DNA of 63,399 nt, the filler included, from Nemertoderma westbladi (lineage: Eukaryota > Animalia > Xenacoelomorpha), in assembly GCA_032718475.1 (NCBI GenBank). It is 3 parts of 3 records of this genome, joined end to end, with 100 filler letters (N's around TTAATTAATTAA, not from the genome) between each part and the next. Parts side by side here need not be neighbours in the genome. Positions count along the whole stretch, not along the records: positions 50,451 to 63,399 come from JAUCBJ010005051.1; 2 more parts are not named here. One strand, 5' to 3'. The number at the start of each line of letters is the position of its first letter. Position 1 is the stretch's first letter. Position numbers and translations under genes: made by a program. The notes under the pieces are model-generated. The model had not been told where the DNA came from. It saw only the letters and a program-made list of their open reading frames with translations, and searched no databases. This document shows, piece after piece, positions 63,051-63,399 of this stretch.

Positions 63051-63399
63051 CAGTGCATTATACATATTTAGGACAAGATGGGAAAAGGTAACACCATTCC
63101 TGAGTTAGTGAAGGGGCAAATTGTCGCCTTACTAGCTAGAGTGAGCAAACTGTCTGTAGAAGGCTCTGTTACTTTGGATTAAAGGACTGCTGTCCTGTGA
63201 AAAAACCCATATGACTGCAAAACATCACCCGGACGGCATTCTATTCTGCAAATCCCATCTTGATAAGTCAGCTGATTGGTGGGAGAGAGTCATGTTTTCT
63301 GATGAGAGCATATTCACCCAAGCAAACAGAGTAACAGACTCCAATTACATTCGTCGACCCAGTGATGACAATAAGTGTAACTTCAATATTCCATCCAAC
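63051..63399 (+). mobile_element. Tc1-like remnant
   Basis: CAGTGC..ATTTAGGACA terminus-like sequence followed by MGKGNTIPELVKGQIVALL and a later SPGR motif. Confidence 0.45.

Overview
Eukaryotic, AT-rich, repeat-dense DNA, most likely from an invertebrate animal. It is split into three blocks by two artificial N-TTAATTAATTAA-N linkers (24021-24120, 50351-50450). Host genes: a C2H2 zinc-finger gene interrupted by an inserted element, an intronless Cu/Zn SOD with a 1-nt frameshift, an intronless GC-rich UMP synthase, and a minus-strand gene of many very small exons, reconstructed by hand (about 41101 to 31127). Two structures stand out. (1) A 14.7-kb foldback element (8529-23215) has multi-kb modular inverted arms, a near-perfect 8-bp TSD and a spliced PHD + OTU (vertnin-like) gene as cargo. 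(2) A 4.8-kb intronic satellite (34400-39214) starts exactly at a predicted splice donor. On the gene's sense strand it is built from donor-acceptor-microexon units. A second satellite in the same gene is made of CAG|GT units. The rest is nested transposons: Ginger1-like, pogo, hAT, Kolobok/Mutator-like, Tc1, LINE and SINE fragments and many MITEs with readable TSDs. All splice models and family assignments come from reading the sequence by eye and have not been tested by database search or RNA data.
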